Below, piece by piece: positions 32,719-42,800 of a stretch of 45,583 bases of DNA. The stretch is taken from contig SVRO01000001.1 in the NCBI GenBank assembly GCA_015064795.1, positions 1 to 45,583 of the forward strand, read 5' to 3'. Below the pieces are notes generated by a model, which was not told where the DNA came from, made no database searches, and saw only the letters and a program-made list of their open reading frames with translations. The translations under genes and the position numbers were made by a program. The DNA is from Oscillospiraceae bacterium (lineage in GTDB: Bacteria; Bacillota; Clostridia; Oscillospirales; CAG-272). Numbering within the stretch: the first letter of the stretch is position 1; every line of letters begins with the position of its first letter.

Positions 32719-33524
32719 GGGAGGGGGACGCAGAGCGCGCACTCCTTGAGGCGCGCGTGGAGGATATGCTTCGGCGTGTCGAGCGGTACGAGGTAGCGAT
32801 AGGTCCCTTTTTGTCCCCGCGTGAGCAGCACTATGCCGCACAGAAGCTAAAGGGGGCGGTGTCGGATGCCTGCGGCGTTTTTTACGGCGGGTACGACGGA
32901 AGTGAGAGAAACCGTCTTTTCGTTTTGCCTGCGTATTTGCAGACCGAGGACGGCGTGTATACGGCGGCGGTGCTCAGAGAGATGCTTCCCGAGCATACGG
33001 CGGATGCCGTTCGCGTTCTTTCGGTTGCGGGGAGCGGTTACCGCAAGCTGTCGCACAGGGATTATCTCGGCTCGCTTTTGGGGCTTGGGATAAAGCGCGA
33101 TACGCTTGGGGATATTGTGGTTCGGGATGATTGCCATGCGCTTGTTTTTTGCGACGGCGCGATGGCTGACTATATTTTGAGCGAGCTTCGTTTGGTGGGA
33201 AGCGACACGGTAAAGGTCACGGCCGTGACCTTGGATGCGGATTTTCGCGTGGAGCGCAGGATGCGCCCCATAAGCGACACTGTGGCGTCCCCCAGGCTCG
33301 ACGCGATCGTTTCTTCGCTGATAAGTACCTCGCGCGAGAAGGCGCAGGCACTCATAAAGGCGGGGCTTGTGGAGGTCGATTACGAGCCCTGCGAGCGAAA
33401 CGATAAAATGCTCGAGGAAAACGCGGTGATAAGCGTCAGAGGACACGGAAAATACGTGATAGGAAGCGTTTCCGAGCAAACCAAAAAAGGAAGATACCGC
33501 TTGATAGCGGCTCAATACGATTGA
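32715..33524 (+). CDS. ylmH: YlmH-like RNA-binding protein with S4 domain
   Basis: 269 aa. Its ATG overlaps the yggT stop (ATGA). It has a C-terminal S4-like region (PRLDAIVSSLISTSREKAQALIKAGLVEVD) and sits in the conserved position after ylmG. Confidence 0.85.
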   Translation: MREGDAERALLEARVEDMLRRVERYEVAIGPFLSPREQHYAAQKLKGAVSDACGVFYGGYDGSERNRLFVLPAYLQTEDGVYTAAVLREMLPEHTADAVRVLSVAGSGYRKLSHRDYLGSLLGLGIKRDTLGDIVVRDDCHALVFCDGAMADYILSELRLVGSDTVKVTAVTLDADFRVERRMRPISDTVASPRLDAIVSSLISTSREKAQALIKAGLVEVDYEPCERNDKMLEENAVISVRGHGKYVIGSVSEQTKKGRYRLIAAQYD

Positions 33525-33545
33525 CAGAATAAAGGAGTCTAAAAA

Positions 33546-36341
33546 ATGGCAAAGGATTACACAAGCAGCTTGAATTTGCCCAGCACAAGCTTTTCGATGA
33601 AGGCAAATCTGCCGACGCGAGAGCCTGAAATGATCAAATACTGGGATTCGATCGATCTTTACCATAAAATGCTGGATGCGGCAGAGGGTAAGCCGCTTTA
33701 CGTGCTTCACGACGGCCCTCCCTTCTCGAATGGAAACATTCACATGGGAACCGCGATGAACAAGATCCTCAAGGATTTTATCAACAAATCCAAGGCAATG
33801 GGGGGCTATCGCGTGCCTTACATTCCCGGTTGGGATAACCACGGTATGCCCATTGAGAGCGCGATCATCAAGAAGAATAAGCTCGACCGCAAGAAGATGT
33901 CGGTTTCGGAGTTCCGAAGTGCATGCCATAAGTTTGCGCAGGACTTCGTGGACATTCAGCGCGAGCAGTTTATCCGTCTCGGTGTAACGGGTGATTGGCA
34001 GAATCCTTATCTCGCCATGGCTCCCGAGTTTGAGGCGCGCGAGGTCAAGGTGTTCGGTGAGATGTACAAGAAGGGCTATATCTATAAGGGACTGAAGCCT
34101 GTATATTGGTGCCCGCACGACGAGACCGCACTGGCCGAGGCCGAGATCGAATACCAGACCGACAAGTGTACCTCGATCTATGTGAAGTTTGCCGTAAAGG
34201 ACGACAAGGGCAAGCTTTCGATGTGCGATCTTCAGAAGACCTATTTTATCATTTGGACGACGACGACCTGGACGCTTCCCGGCAACCTTGCCATCGCTCT
34301 CAATCCCGACGAGACCTACGTTGCTCTGAAGGCCGAGAACGGCGAGACCTATATCGTTGCCGAGGCACTTGCCAACAAGACCATGCTTGAGGGCGGCATC
34401 GAGAAATTCGAGGTCGTTTGCTCGATGGCGGGTAAGGAATTTGAATACATGACGGCCAAGCACCCCTTCATCGACCGTGAGTCGATCGTGGTGAACGCCG
34501 ATTACGTTACGATGGATAGCGGTACGGGATGCGTGCATACCGCCCCCGGATTTGGTGCCGACGACTATATCACCTGCCGCCGCTACAATATTGAGGTTAT
34601 CGTTCCCGTGGACGACCGCGGCTATCAGACCAAGGACGCAGGCAAGTTTGCAGGTATGTATTACGCCGAGTCCAACGATGCGATCCTGGCCGACATGAAG
34701 GAGAGCGGTGCGCTCTTTGCTTCCGAGGAGATCGAGCACGAGTATCCTCACTGTTGGAGATGTAAGCAGCCTATTATCTTCCGCGCAACGCCCCAGTGGT
34801 TCTGCTCGGTAGAGGCCTTCAAGAACGAGGCAATCGAGGCTTGTAACAACGTACAGTGGCTTCCCGAGTGGGGCGGCGAGCGTATCAAGCAGATGGTGCG
34901 CGACCGTGCCGACTGGTGCATTTCGCGTCAGCGTCATTGGGGTCTTCCGATTCCTGTGTTCTACTGCGAGGACTGCGGCGAGGTCATTTGCAGCGAGGAG
35001 ACCATTAACAGCGTTTCGGACATTTTCGGTGAGAAGGGCTCGAACGCTTGGTTCGATCTTGACGCTGCCGACCTGTTGCCGAAGGGCTTTGTCTGCCCTA
35101 AGTGCGGCAAAACGCATTTCTCCAAGGAGACCAACATTCTTGACTGCTGGTTTGACTCGGGCTCGAGCCATTTTGCTACGATTGAAAACAAAGAGGGTCT
35201 CAAGTGGCCGGCGGACCTCTATCTTGAGGGTGCCGACCAGTACCGCGGTTGGTTCCAGTCCTCTCTTCTGACCGCCGTTGGCGCGAAGGGTGAGGGCGCT
35301 CCCTATAAGACCGTCCTGACGCACGGTTGGGTGGTTGATGGCGAGGGCAAGGCGATGCACAAGTCGCTTGGCAACTCGATCGCGCCCGAGGAAATGATTG
35401 CGAAGTACGGTGCCGATCTCGTTCGTTTGTGGGTTGCTTCGAGTGACTATCGCGTGGACGTTCGTGTTTCGGATAACATCTTCAAGCAGCTTTCCGAGGC
35501 CTACCGTAAGATCCGTAACACCGCGCGCATCATCATGGCAAATCTTGGCGATTTCAATCCCGATACCGACCTTGTGGACGTGAAGGATATGTACGAGATC
35601 GATAAGTGGATCCTTTCGGCTTGCAACGATCTGACGAAGGTCGTTCGCCGCGCATACGACGATTTCGAGTTCCATATCGTATATCATGAAATTTGCAACT
35701 TCTGCACCGTAAATCTTTCCAAGCTGTATATCGACATTACCAAGGATCGCGTTTACGTGGGCAAGAAGGACGGCTTCCCCAGAAGAAGCGCACAGAGCGC
35801 GATGTATCTCGTGCTGAATGCCTTGACGAGACTTCTTTCTCCGCTGATTGTGTTTACCGCCGAGGAGATCTGGCAGGCAATGCCTCATGGCAATGCTGAC
35901 GTGCGCGAAAGCGTCTTCCTCAATCCGATGCCGAGCTATGACGAGGCGCTTTGTTTCGAGGAGATCGCGGAGCGTTGGAACAAGCAGTTTGATCTGCGTG
36001 ACGACGTTATGAAGGCACTTGAGCTTGCACGTGCAGAGAAGAAGATCGGTAAGTCGCTTGACGCGAAGATCACGATCTATACCGAGAACGAGGAGATCTA
36101 CAAGCTGCTTGTCGGCTTTGGCGAGGAGCTTCCCACGGTCTATATCGTGTCCGGAGCCGAGGCCGTGCTTGGAAAGACGCCTGAGGGTGTCTTCTCGGAG
36201 ACGGTGTCGGGCATCGGTGTGAAGGTTGAGGCGGCTGACGGCGAGAAGTGCGCAAGATGCTGGAGCTATTCGACCGAGGGCACGCACGACGAAGAGGGCG
36301 GATTCCTTTGCGCGAAGTGTAAGTCTATTATCGAAGCGTAA
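33546..36341 (+). CDS. ileS: isoleucine--tRNA ligase
   Basis: 931 aa with the HIGH-type motif PFSNGNIHMGT, KMSKS-type KMHKSLGN, a CP1 editing domain and a C-terminal zinc-binding CxxC...CxxC. Confidence 0.98.
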   Translation: MAKDYTSSLNLPSTSFSMKANLPTREPEMIKYWDSIDLYHKMLDAAEGKPLYVLHDGPPFSNGNIHMGTAMNKILKDFINKSKAMGGYRVPYIPGWDNHGMPIESAIIKKNKLDRKKMSVSEFRSACHKFAQDFVDIQREQFIRLGVTGDWQNPYLAMAPEFEAREVKVFGEMYKKGYIYKGLKPVYWCPHDETALAEAEIEYQTDKCTSIYVKFAVKDDKGKLSMCDLQKTYFIIWTTTTWTLPGNLAIALNPDETYVALKAENGETYIVAEALANKTMLEGGIEKFEVVCSMAGKEFEYMTAKHPFIDRESIVVNADYVTMDSGTGCVHTAPGFGADDYITCRRYNIEVIVPVDDRGYQTKDAGKFAGMYYAESNDAILADMKESGALFASEEIEHEYPHCWRCKQPIIFRATPQWFCSVEAFKNEAIEACNNVQWLPEWGGERIKQMVRDRADWCISRQRHWGLPIPVFYCEDCGEVICSEETINSVSDIFGEKGSNAWFDLDAADLLPKGFVCPKCGKTHFSKETNILDCWFDSGSSHFATIENKEGLKWPADLYLEGADQYRGWFQSSLLTAVGAKGEGAPYKTVLTHGWVVDGEGKAMHKSLGNSIAPEEMIAKYGADLVRLWVASSDYRVDVRVSDNIFKQLSEAYRKIRNTARIIMANLGDFNPDTDLVDVKDMYEIDKWILSACNDLTKVVRRAYDDFEFHIVYHEICNFCTVNLSKLYIDITKDRVYVGKKDGFPRRSAQSAMYLVLNALTRLLSPLIVFTAEEIWQAMPHGNADVRESVFLNPMPSYDEALCFEEIAERWNKQFDLRDDVMKALELARAEKKIGKSLDAKITIYTENEEIYKLLVGFGEELPTVYIVSGAEAVLGKTPEGVFSETVSGIGVKVEAADGEKCARCWSYSTEGTHDEEGGFLCAKCKSIIEA

Positions 36342-36348
36342 GTATGAA

Positions 36349-36385
36349 GGACTGCTTTTCCGCATCGGAAAAGCAGTCCGTTTTT
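36349..36385 (+). terminator. intrinsic terminator after ileS
   Basis: 14-bp stem GGACTGCTTTTCCG CAT CGGAAAAGCAGTCC followed by GTTTTT. Confidence 0.85.
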
Positions 36386-36401
36386 GAAAAGGGAGAGTCT
36401 T

Positions 36402-36911
36402 ATGTGGTTGTATTTTTTGGTGATCGCGGGTGTGGTCGCTCTTGATCAGGCAAGCAAGTGGCTGGTTATGCTGAATATGGAGCTTCACGAGTCGATCGAC
36501 GTGATCGCGGGCGTGTTTCGCTTCACCTATATCCGAAATGACGGCTCGGCGTTCGGTATGTTCAGTGAGCATCGTTGGGTATTTCTCGTTTTGTCTACCA
36601 TCGGCATTGCGGCGGTTCTTTTCTATCTGATCAAATTCCGTCCGAAAGAGAAGCTGATGTGGATCCCGCTTGCGATGATCGCGGGCGGCGGTATCGGCAA
36701 TATGATCGACCGCCTTTTTTACGGCGACGTGTTCGGTAACGGTACGGTGGTGGATTTCCTCGATTTCTGCCTGATTCCGAACGTGTGGATGTGGATCTTC
36801 AACGTAGCCGACGCTTTTGTTTGTGTGGGCGCAGGTATTCTTTTTGCGTATCTTCTTTTGGACATTCTTCGCGAATTTCGGGAAGAGAAGCGTAAGAAAA
36901 ACCATGGCTGA
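36402..36911 (+). CDS. lspA: lipoprotein signal peptidase (signal peptidase II)
   Basis: ATG 36402 gives MWLYFLVIAGVVALDQASKWLV. The NDGSAFG and VVDFLDF...FNVADAFV motifs are present. Confidence 0.92.
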   Translation: MWLYFLVIAGVVALDQASKWLVMLNMELHESIDVIAGVFRFTYIRNDGSAFGMFSEHRWVFLVLSTIGIAAVLFYLIKFRPKEKLMWIPLAMIAGGGIGNMIDRLFYGDVFGNGTVVDFLDFCLIPNVWMWIFNVADAFVCVGAGILFAYLLLDILREFREEKRKKNHG

Positions 36912-37854
36912 TCTTTTGCTTTTGACGGTAGAGGGCGCGGACGCGGGCAAGCGGCTGGACGTTTTTGTCAGCGAAAAGGGCGATATGACACGCTCGGCGG
37001 CGGCCAAGCTCATTGAGGCGGGGCGCGTGTTGGTCGACGAAAAGGTAGCGGCAAAGAATTTGAAGCTGTCCGCAGGGAATGACGTCGAGGTTGAGATCCC
37101 CGATCCTATTCCCATGGAGGCAAGACCCGAAAACATTCCGCTCGATATCGTGTATGAGGACGCGGATATTATTGTGGTCAACAAGCCCAAGGGCATGGTG
37201 GTGCATCCGGCGGCGGGGAATTACGAGGGAACGCTTGTCAGCGCGCTTCTGTATCATTGCGGCGGCTCGCTCTCGGGCATCGGCGGCGTGATGCGCCCCG
37301 GCATCGTGCATCGGATCGACAAGGATACGGGCGGACTTTTGGTGGTTGCCAAAAACGACGCCGCGCACGTTGCGCTTTCGGAACAACTGAAGGATCATAC
37401 CGTGAGCCGCGTGTATTACGCGCTTGTGATCGGCAATTTGAAAGAGGATAGGGGAACGGTGGACGCGCCGATCGGGCGTAATCCCACCGACCGCAAAAAA
37501 ATGGCGGTGCTTTCACTTTCGCAAGGCTTTTCTCGTCATGCGTTGACGCATTATGAGGTGCTTGAGCGCTATCGCGGCTTTTGTTTTGTACGCTGCGTGC
37601 TGGAAACGGGGCGAACGCATCAGATCCGCGTGCATATGGCGCATCTTGGGCATCCGCTTATGGGCGACGTGACCTATGGCGGTGGAAAAACTTCGTTTGA
37701 GGCTACGAATAAGAGTCTTATTGCGGGGCAATGTTTGTTTGCGGCCGAGTTATCGCTGCTTCATCCGAAAACCAAGAAGAAAATGACCTTTTCCTGTGAG
37801 CTTCCGCGCGAAATGCGGACACTCATTGAAAAATTACGAAAAACGGTGGAATAA
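36904..37854 (+). CDS. rluD: RluA/RluD-family 23S rRNA pseudouridine synthase
   Basis: ATG 36904 overlaps the lspA end by 8 nt. It has an N-terminal S4 domain, the catalytic HRIDKDTGGLLVVAK motif, and RTHQIRVHMAHLGHPLMGD. Confidence 0.92.
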   Translation: MADLLLLTVEGADAGKRLDVFVSEKGDMTRSAAAKLIEAGRVLVDEKVAAKNLKLSAGNDVEVEIPDPIPMEARPENIPLDIVYEDADIIVVNKPKGMVVHPAAGNYEGTLVSALLYHCGGSLSGIGGVMRPGIVHRIDKDTGGLLVVAKNDAAHVALSEQLKDHTVSRVYYALVIGNLKEDRGTVDAPIGRNPTDRKKMAVLSLSQGFSRHALTHYEVLERYRGFCFVRCVLETGRTHQIRVHMAHLGHPLMGDVTYGGGKTSFEATNKSLIAGQCLFAAELSLLHPKTKKKMTFSCELPREMRTLIEKLRKTVE

Positions 37855-37862
37855 AAACGACG

Positions 37863-38693
37863 ATGGGAAAATTTGACGGCATTGCCATTCTGACCGACCT
37901 TGACGGAACCTTTCTTGGCAAGGGAGGCAGAATGGTGGAAAGAAACAGAGAGGCGATCGAGCGCTTCAAGGCAGAGGGTGGACTTTTTACGCTTGCTACG
38001 GGACGCATGCATTTCGGTCTTGAAAAGTGGGTCCCCGGTTTGTACACACTTGTCAATGCGCCCGCGTTTCTTTGCAACGGTACCTATTTGTATGATTTTG
38101 GTGAGAGCCGTGTGCTTTCGGAGATCGTGATGGACGGAGATCTTGCGTATGAGGCCATTGCTTTTGTGCGGCGAAATTTTCCGAGTGCCAGCTTGCGCGT
38201 GTCCTTCCGCGGCGGGTATTTGATGGACGAAAAGGATGTGAAGGCGGTCTCGCAGATCGTGGATTATGGCATAGATGAAAAGATCATCGAGCCCTTTGCG
38301 ATCTGGAGCAGGGAAGGCTGGTACAAGGTGGTCTGCACCGACGACGCTACGCTCATTCCGCGCATTCGCGAGGCGATCGAGACACAGTTCCCGAACCGCT
38401 TTGAATTCAACTGCTCCAGCGCACACCTTTTGGAAATGCAGATGAAGGGTGTGAACAAGGCCTCCATGCTCGCGCCTTTTCGCGCGTACTACCGCGAAAG
38501 AGGGAAGGCGCTTACGGTCTATTCCTGCGGTGACTTTGAGAACGATTTTGAGATCCTGCGCGCCGCCGACGTGGCTGTTTGCCCGTCGAATGCGATGCAG
38601 CGTATTAAGGATATTTGCAAGCTTTGCTTTTGCTCGAACGACGAGGGCGTGATTGCAGATCTTGTGGAATATTTGGAAAAAGCACGAGCTTAA
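37863..38693 (+). CDS. Cof-type HAD-IIB family hydrolase
   Basis: 276 aa with the HAD motif I DLDGT (ILTDLDGTFL) and the C-terminal motif SCGDFENDFEIL. Confidence 0.85.
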   Translation: MGKFDGIAILTDLDGTFLGKGGRMVERNREAIERFKAEGGLFTLATGRMHFGLEKWVPGLYTLVNAPAFLCNGTYLYDFGESRVLSEIVMDGDLAYEAIAFVRRNFPSASLRVSFRGGYLMDEKDVKAVSQIVDYGIDEKIIEPFAIWSREGWYKVVCTDDATLIPRIREAIETQFPNRFEFNCSSAHLLEMQMKGVNKASMLAPFRAYYRERGKALTVYSCGDFENDFEILRAADVAVCPSNAMQRIKDICKLCFCSNDEGVIADLVEYLEKARA

Positions 38694-39079
38694 CGCCCGT
38701 GCTTTTTGCGTTTTGGAGGGAGAAAAATGAGATCGTGGAGTCGAATTCGTTCGCTGCTTTCATGGCACGCGAGCGGTTTGCCGCAGCGCGATAACGTGAC
38801 CTTGAAGACGAGGATTCCTTCGGATTCGCATCGGTCAAGCAGCTTGGCATCAAAGCGATAGTCGTAGGAGGGAAAGAAAAAACGTTTTTTGGGCGAGGGA
38901 TCCGCCCGATATTCCTGTATGGCCTTCTCGGCAAGCGAGGTGCGAAGCCAAGTCTCGCATTCCTCGGCAAGCACGGCACAGAGCTCTTTTTCGGGGAGGC
39001 GCGGATAGCAAAAAAAGCCGCGCGCTACCGTGACGCCCTCCTCGCGGATCGTAACGGTATAACGTTTTTCCTCAAACAC
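38690..39079 (-). CDS. hypothetical protein
   Basis: GTG 39079 lies 9 nt after GAGAGGAGG and gives 129 aa (VFEEKRYTVTIREEG...). I recognise no family. Its stop overlaps the convergent HAD gene stop (TTAA). Confidence 0.55.
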   Translation of the reverse strand: MFEEKRYTVTIREEGVTVARGFFCYPRLPEKELCAVLAEECETWLRTSLAEKAIQEYRADPSPKKRFFFPSYDYRFDAKLLDRCESEGILVFKVTLSRCGKPLACHESSERIRLHDLIFLPPKRKKHGR

Positions 39080-39135
39080 GCGATATCGCCTCCTCTCTCG
39101 ACATTCTATGCGATGGCGGACGGGAAAATGCACAA

Positions 39136-39180
39136 AAAAGAAAAATGCGAGAACACCTTGGTGTTCTCGCATTTTTCTTT
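39136..39180 (-). terminator. intrinsic terminator after rpsT (A-tract/T-tract flanked, potentially bidirectional)
   Basis: GCGAGAACACC (39147-39157) TT GGTGTTCTCGC (39160-39170). The stem is flanked by an A-run on one side and a T-run on the other. Confidence 0.8.
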
Positions 39181-39184
39181 GGCC

Positions 39185-39448
39185 TTACGCCATAGCGTTG
39201 AGCTTCTTGGTGAATTCGCTCTTCTTGTGAGCGGCGGTGTTCTTGTGGATCAAACCACGAGCGCATGCACGGTCAAGTCTCTTGACAGCGGCTCTGTAGG
39301 TCTCCTTTGCAAGCTCAGCATCGCCTGCAGCAAGAGCAGCCTCATACTTCTTAATGTCCGTCTTGAGCTGAGAACGGAACATCTTGTTCTGAAGGGTCTT
39401 TGCTTCGGTAACCTTTACGCGCTTCTTTGCACTTTTGATGTTTGGCAT
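39185..39448 (-). CDS. rpsT: 30S ribosomal protein S20
   Basis: 87 aa starting MPNIKSAKKRVKVTEAKTLQNKMFRSQLKT, typical of S20. Confidence 0.96.
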   Translation of the reverse strand: MPNIKSAKKRVKVTEAKTLQNKMFRSQLKTDIKKYEAALAAGDAELAKETYRAAVKRLDRACARGLIHKNTAAHKKSEFTKKLNAMA

Positions 39449-39531
39449 TTGTTTTCATCTCCCTCTTTAAATAATAAGTCCAAACAACGACACCTGAGAG
39501 GGTGTGCCGTTGTGTTCGTCCATACCGATAT

Positions 39532-39560
39532 ACTATACCATATCTCAAACGATTTTGCAA
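39532..39560 (-). promoter_or_regulatory. SigA-type promoter of rpsT
   Basis: Minus strand: TTGCAA (39560-39555), 17-nt spacer, TGG-TATAGT (-10 at 39537-39532). Confidence 0.6.
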
Positions 39561-39563
39561 GAG

Positions 39564-39648
39564 TTTTTTGAAAAAAAGTTTAAATTTTTTGAAAAAAAGT
39601 TTTTTTGCGGATTTTTTTGAAAAAATGCGAATTTTTCAGAAATTTCTC
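39564..39648. repeat. tandem T6-G-A7 tracts upstream of the rpoB promoter (UP-element/curved-DNA-like)
   Basis: The identical 18-mer TTTTTTGAAAAAAAGTTT occurs at 39564-39581 and 39585-39602 (21-nt period). Degenerate copies start at 39612 (TTTTTTTGAAAAAA) and 39632 (TTTTTCAGAAA). Confidence 0.6.
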
Positions 39649-39677
39649 TTGACAACGCAGGAATTCTATGGTAAAAT
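39649..39677 (+). promoter_or_regulatory. SigA-type promoter of rpoBC
   Basis: TTGACA (39649-39654), 17-nt spacer, TGG-TAAAAT (-10 at 39672-39677). Confidence 0.65.
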
Positions 39678-39823
39678 ATTAAACTGCATTATAATTGCTA
39701 TTTCTGCCCAAATGCCGAGGGGTAGAATGGCGAAAAATCTTTTCTTATATATAAATATGGAGAAAAGTTGGCTTTGGAGTTTTCGAATCGGAAAACTACT
39801 ACGTTGAATGGAGTGATTGTTGA

Positions 39824-42800
39824 ATGGTCAATGTGAAAGAGCAAAGGCTTGGCAAAAACGTGAGAATGAGCTTTTCCAAGACGCGAAACACGCTTGAGCT
39901 TCCGAATCTGGTCGAGATCCAGACGAAGTCGTTTAAGTGGCTTTTGGAAAAAGGACTTGACGAGGTGCTTCACGAGGTGTCGCCGATTACCGACTTCTCG
40001 GGCAATCTGTCGATCGAGTTTCTCTCATACTCGTTGGATTCCAAACCCAAGTATTCCGTAGAGGAGTGCAAGGATAGAGAAGCCAACTACGCAGCACCCT
40101 TGAAGGTCAATGTCCGTCTTACTAACAAGCAGACGGGTGAGGTAAAGCAGACCGATATTTTTATGGGTGACTTCCCGATCATGACCGAAACGGGTACGTT
40201 CGTTATCAACGGCGCGGAGCGAGTGATCGTTTCGCAGATCGTGCGTTCTCCCGGTATGTACTATGCTTCGGCTTTTGATAAGTCGGGTAAAAAAACCTAC
40301 TCCGCTCAGGTAATTCCTTACCGTGGTGCATGGCTTGAATATGAGATCGACGTAAATGGTGTCGCATACGTGCGTATCGACAAGAACCGTAAGGTTCCGC
40401 TTACGATGTTGATTCGCGCACTCGGCGTGGAGCCTGTTGGCAGCGTCGTGAAGGGCAAGCCCACCGAATACCGCTCTACCATCGAAACCAAGGAAGACGT
40501 ATACAAGATCTTTGGTGAGGAGGAGAAGCTCGTTGCTACCTTCGAGAAGGATGAGTGTGAGGAGCTTTCTGCACGCAGCCGCGAGGCAATCGCTATCGAG
40601 GCCCTCAAGGAGATTTATAAGAAGCTCCGTCCCGGTGAGCCCCCGCTCGTAGAGTCGGCGCATACCCTTCTGTCGAACTATTTCTTTGATCAGAAGCGTT
40701 ATGACATTGAGCCGGTCGGACGCTATAAATTTGATAAGAAGCTTTCTTTGGCGGCTCGTGTTGCGGGTCGCAAGCTGGCTTCCGCTGTGGTCAGCCCGCT
40801 CACGGGTGAGGTCCTCTTTGAGGCCGGAGCCGTCGTGAGCATGGAGGACGCTCTTGCTATGGAGCACGCTGCTGTTAACGAGGCAGACATCCTTCTTGAC
40901 AACGGCAAGACCGTAAGAGTTCTTTCGAACAATACCATTGAGCCCCAATATATTATTGGTACCGACCTTACCGATTGCGGTATCAACGAGAGAGTAAGCA
41001 CTCCCGTTCTTCTTGCGATTGCCGAGGAGTGCGGTGGGGATATCGATGCTATCAAGGAGATGTGTAAGGCGCGCATTGCCGAGCTTTGCCCCAAGCACAT
41101 TACCAAGGACGATATCTTTGCTTCGATCAACTACCTGTTCAATCTGACGTACGACGTCGGCTGTGTGGACGACATCGACCACCTCGGCAACCGCCGTATT
41201 CGTAGTGTGGGTGAGCAGCTTCAGAATCAGCTCCGTATCGGCTTCTCCCGTATGGATAAGATCATCAAGGAGAGAATGACCACGCAGGATAACGAGAAGC
41301 TGACGCCTCAGGCACTGATCAATATCCGTCCGGTCGTGACGGTCGTGCGCGAGTTCTTCGGATCCTCGCAGCTTTCGCAGTTCATGGACCAGAATAACCC
41401 CCTGGCCGAGTTGACGCACAAGAGACGTCTTTCGGCTCTTGGTCCCGGCGGTCTTTCGCGTGACCGCGCCTCCTTCGACGTTCGTGACGTTCACTATACC
41501 CACTATGGTAGAATGTGTCCCATCGAGACGCCCGAAGGTCCCAACATCGGTCTTATCTCTTATCTGACGACCTATGCCCGTATCAGCGATTACGGCTTTA
41601 TCGAGGCCCCCTACCGCAAGGTAGACAAGGCGACCGGAATCGTCACTGACGAGATCGAGTATATGACGGCCGACGTAGAGGACAGATATATCGTTGCACA
41701 GGCAAATGAGCCGCTTGACGAGAACGGTCGTTTTATCAACAAGCGCGTTACCGCGCGCGATAAGGCCGAGATCGTTGAGGTGGACGTCTCCGAGATCGAC
41801 TATATGGACGTATCGCCCAAGATGGTGGTGTCCGTGGCAACCGCAATGATCCCCTTCCTTGAGAACGACGATAACTCGCGCGCACTGATGGGATCGAACA
41901 TGCAGAAGCAGGGCGTGCCGCTTATGGTTACCGATTCGCCCATCGTAGGTACGGGTATGGAGTACAGCGCTGCCGTTGACTCGGGTGTTGTGGTCGTGGC
42001 CAAGAATGAGGGCGTCGTAGAGCGCGTAGACGCCGACAAGATCGTGGTTCTTTGCGAGGACGGTCACAAGGACGTTTACGACCTCATTAAGTTTAAGCGT
42101 ACCAATCAGGGTACCTGCTTCAATCAGAGACCTATTGTTTCCCGCGGAGACAAGGTGCAGAAGGGAGAGGTCATTGCCGACGGCCCCGCAACCGCAAACG
42201 GCGAGCTTTCGCTCGGTAAGAACGCTCTTATTGGCTTTATGACCTGGGAGGGTTATAACTACGAGGACGCCGTTCTTCTGAATGAGAGACTTGTCCGCGA
42301 TGACGTATATACCTCTCTTCATATCGAAGTATATCCTCTTGAGGCAAGAGATACCAAGCTCGGCCCGGAGGAGATCACGCGTGAGATTCCCAACGTGGGC
42401 GAGGATGCCTTGAAGGATCTGAATGCCGACGGTATCGTTAAGAAGGGAACCGAGGTTCGCTCGGGTGATATTCTCGTCGGTAAGATCACGCCCAAGGGCG
42501 AGACCGAGCTTACCGCCGAGGAAAGACTGCTTCGCGCCATCTTCGGTGAGAAGGCAAGAGAGGTGAGAGATACCTCGCTTCGTGTGCCTCACGGTGAATC
42601 GGGTATCGTCGTTGACGTTAAGGTCTTCTCGCACGAGCAGGGCGACGATCTTCCCGCAGGTGTTAATAAGCAGGTTCGTATTTATCTGGCACAGAAGAGA
42701 AAGATCTCGGTCGGAGATAAAATGGCAGGTCGTCACGGTAACAAGGGTGTCGTTTCGCGCATCCTTCCTCCCGAGGATATGCCCTTCCTTCCCGACGGAA

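Noticed and set aside
32847-37196. 1449-aa minus-strand ORF spanning ylmH, ileS, lspA and part of rluD
   Set aside because: It is a mirror ORF. Its codons are in exact register (plus-strand position mod 3 = 0) with ylmH, ileS and lspA, which all share that frame. It stays open simply because TTA/CTA/TCA codons are rare in those genes. Its composition is Arg/Leu/His-rich and low-complexity, while the sense-strand products are unmistakable.
39564-39648. CRISPR-like or minisatellite array
   Set aside because: The repeats are A/T homopolymer tracts of 18-21 nt with no unique spacers and no cas genes. They sit between two promoters, so a UP-element or curved-DNA role is more sensible.
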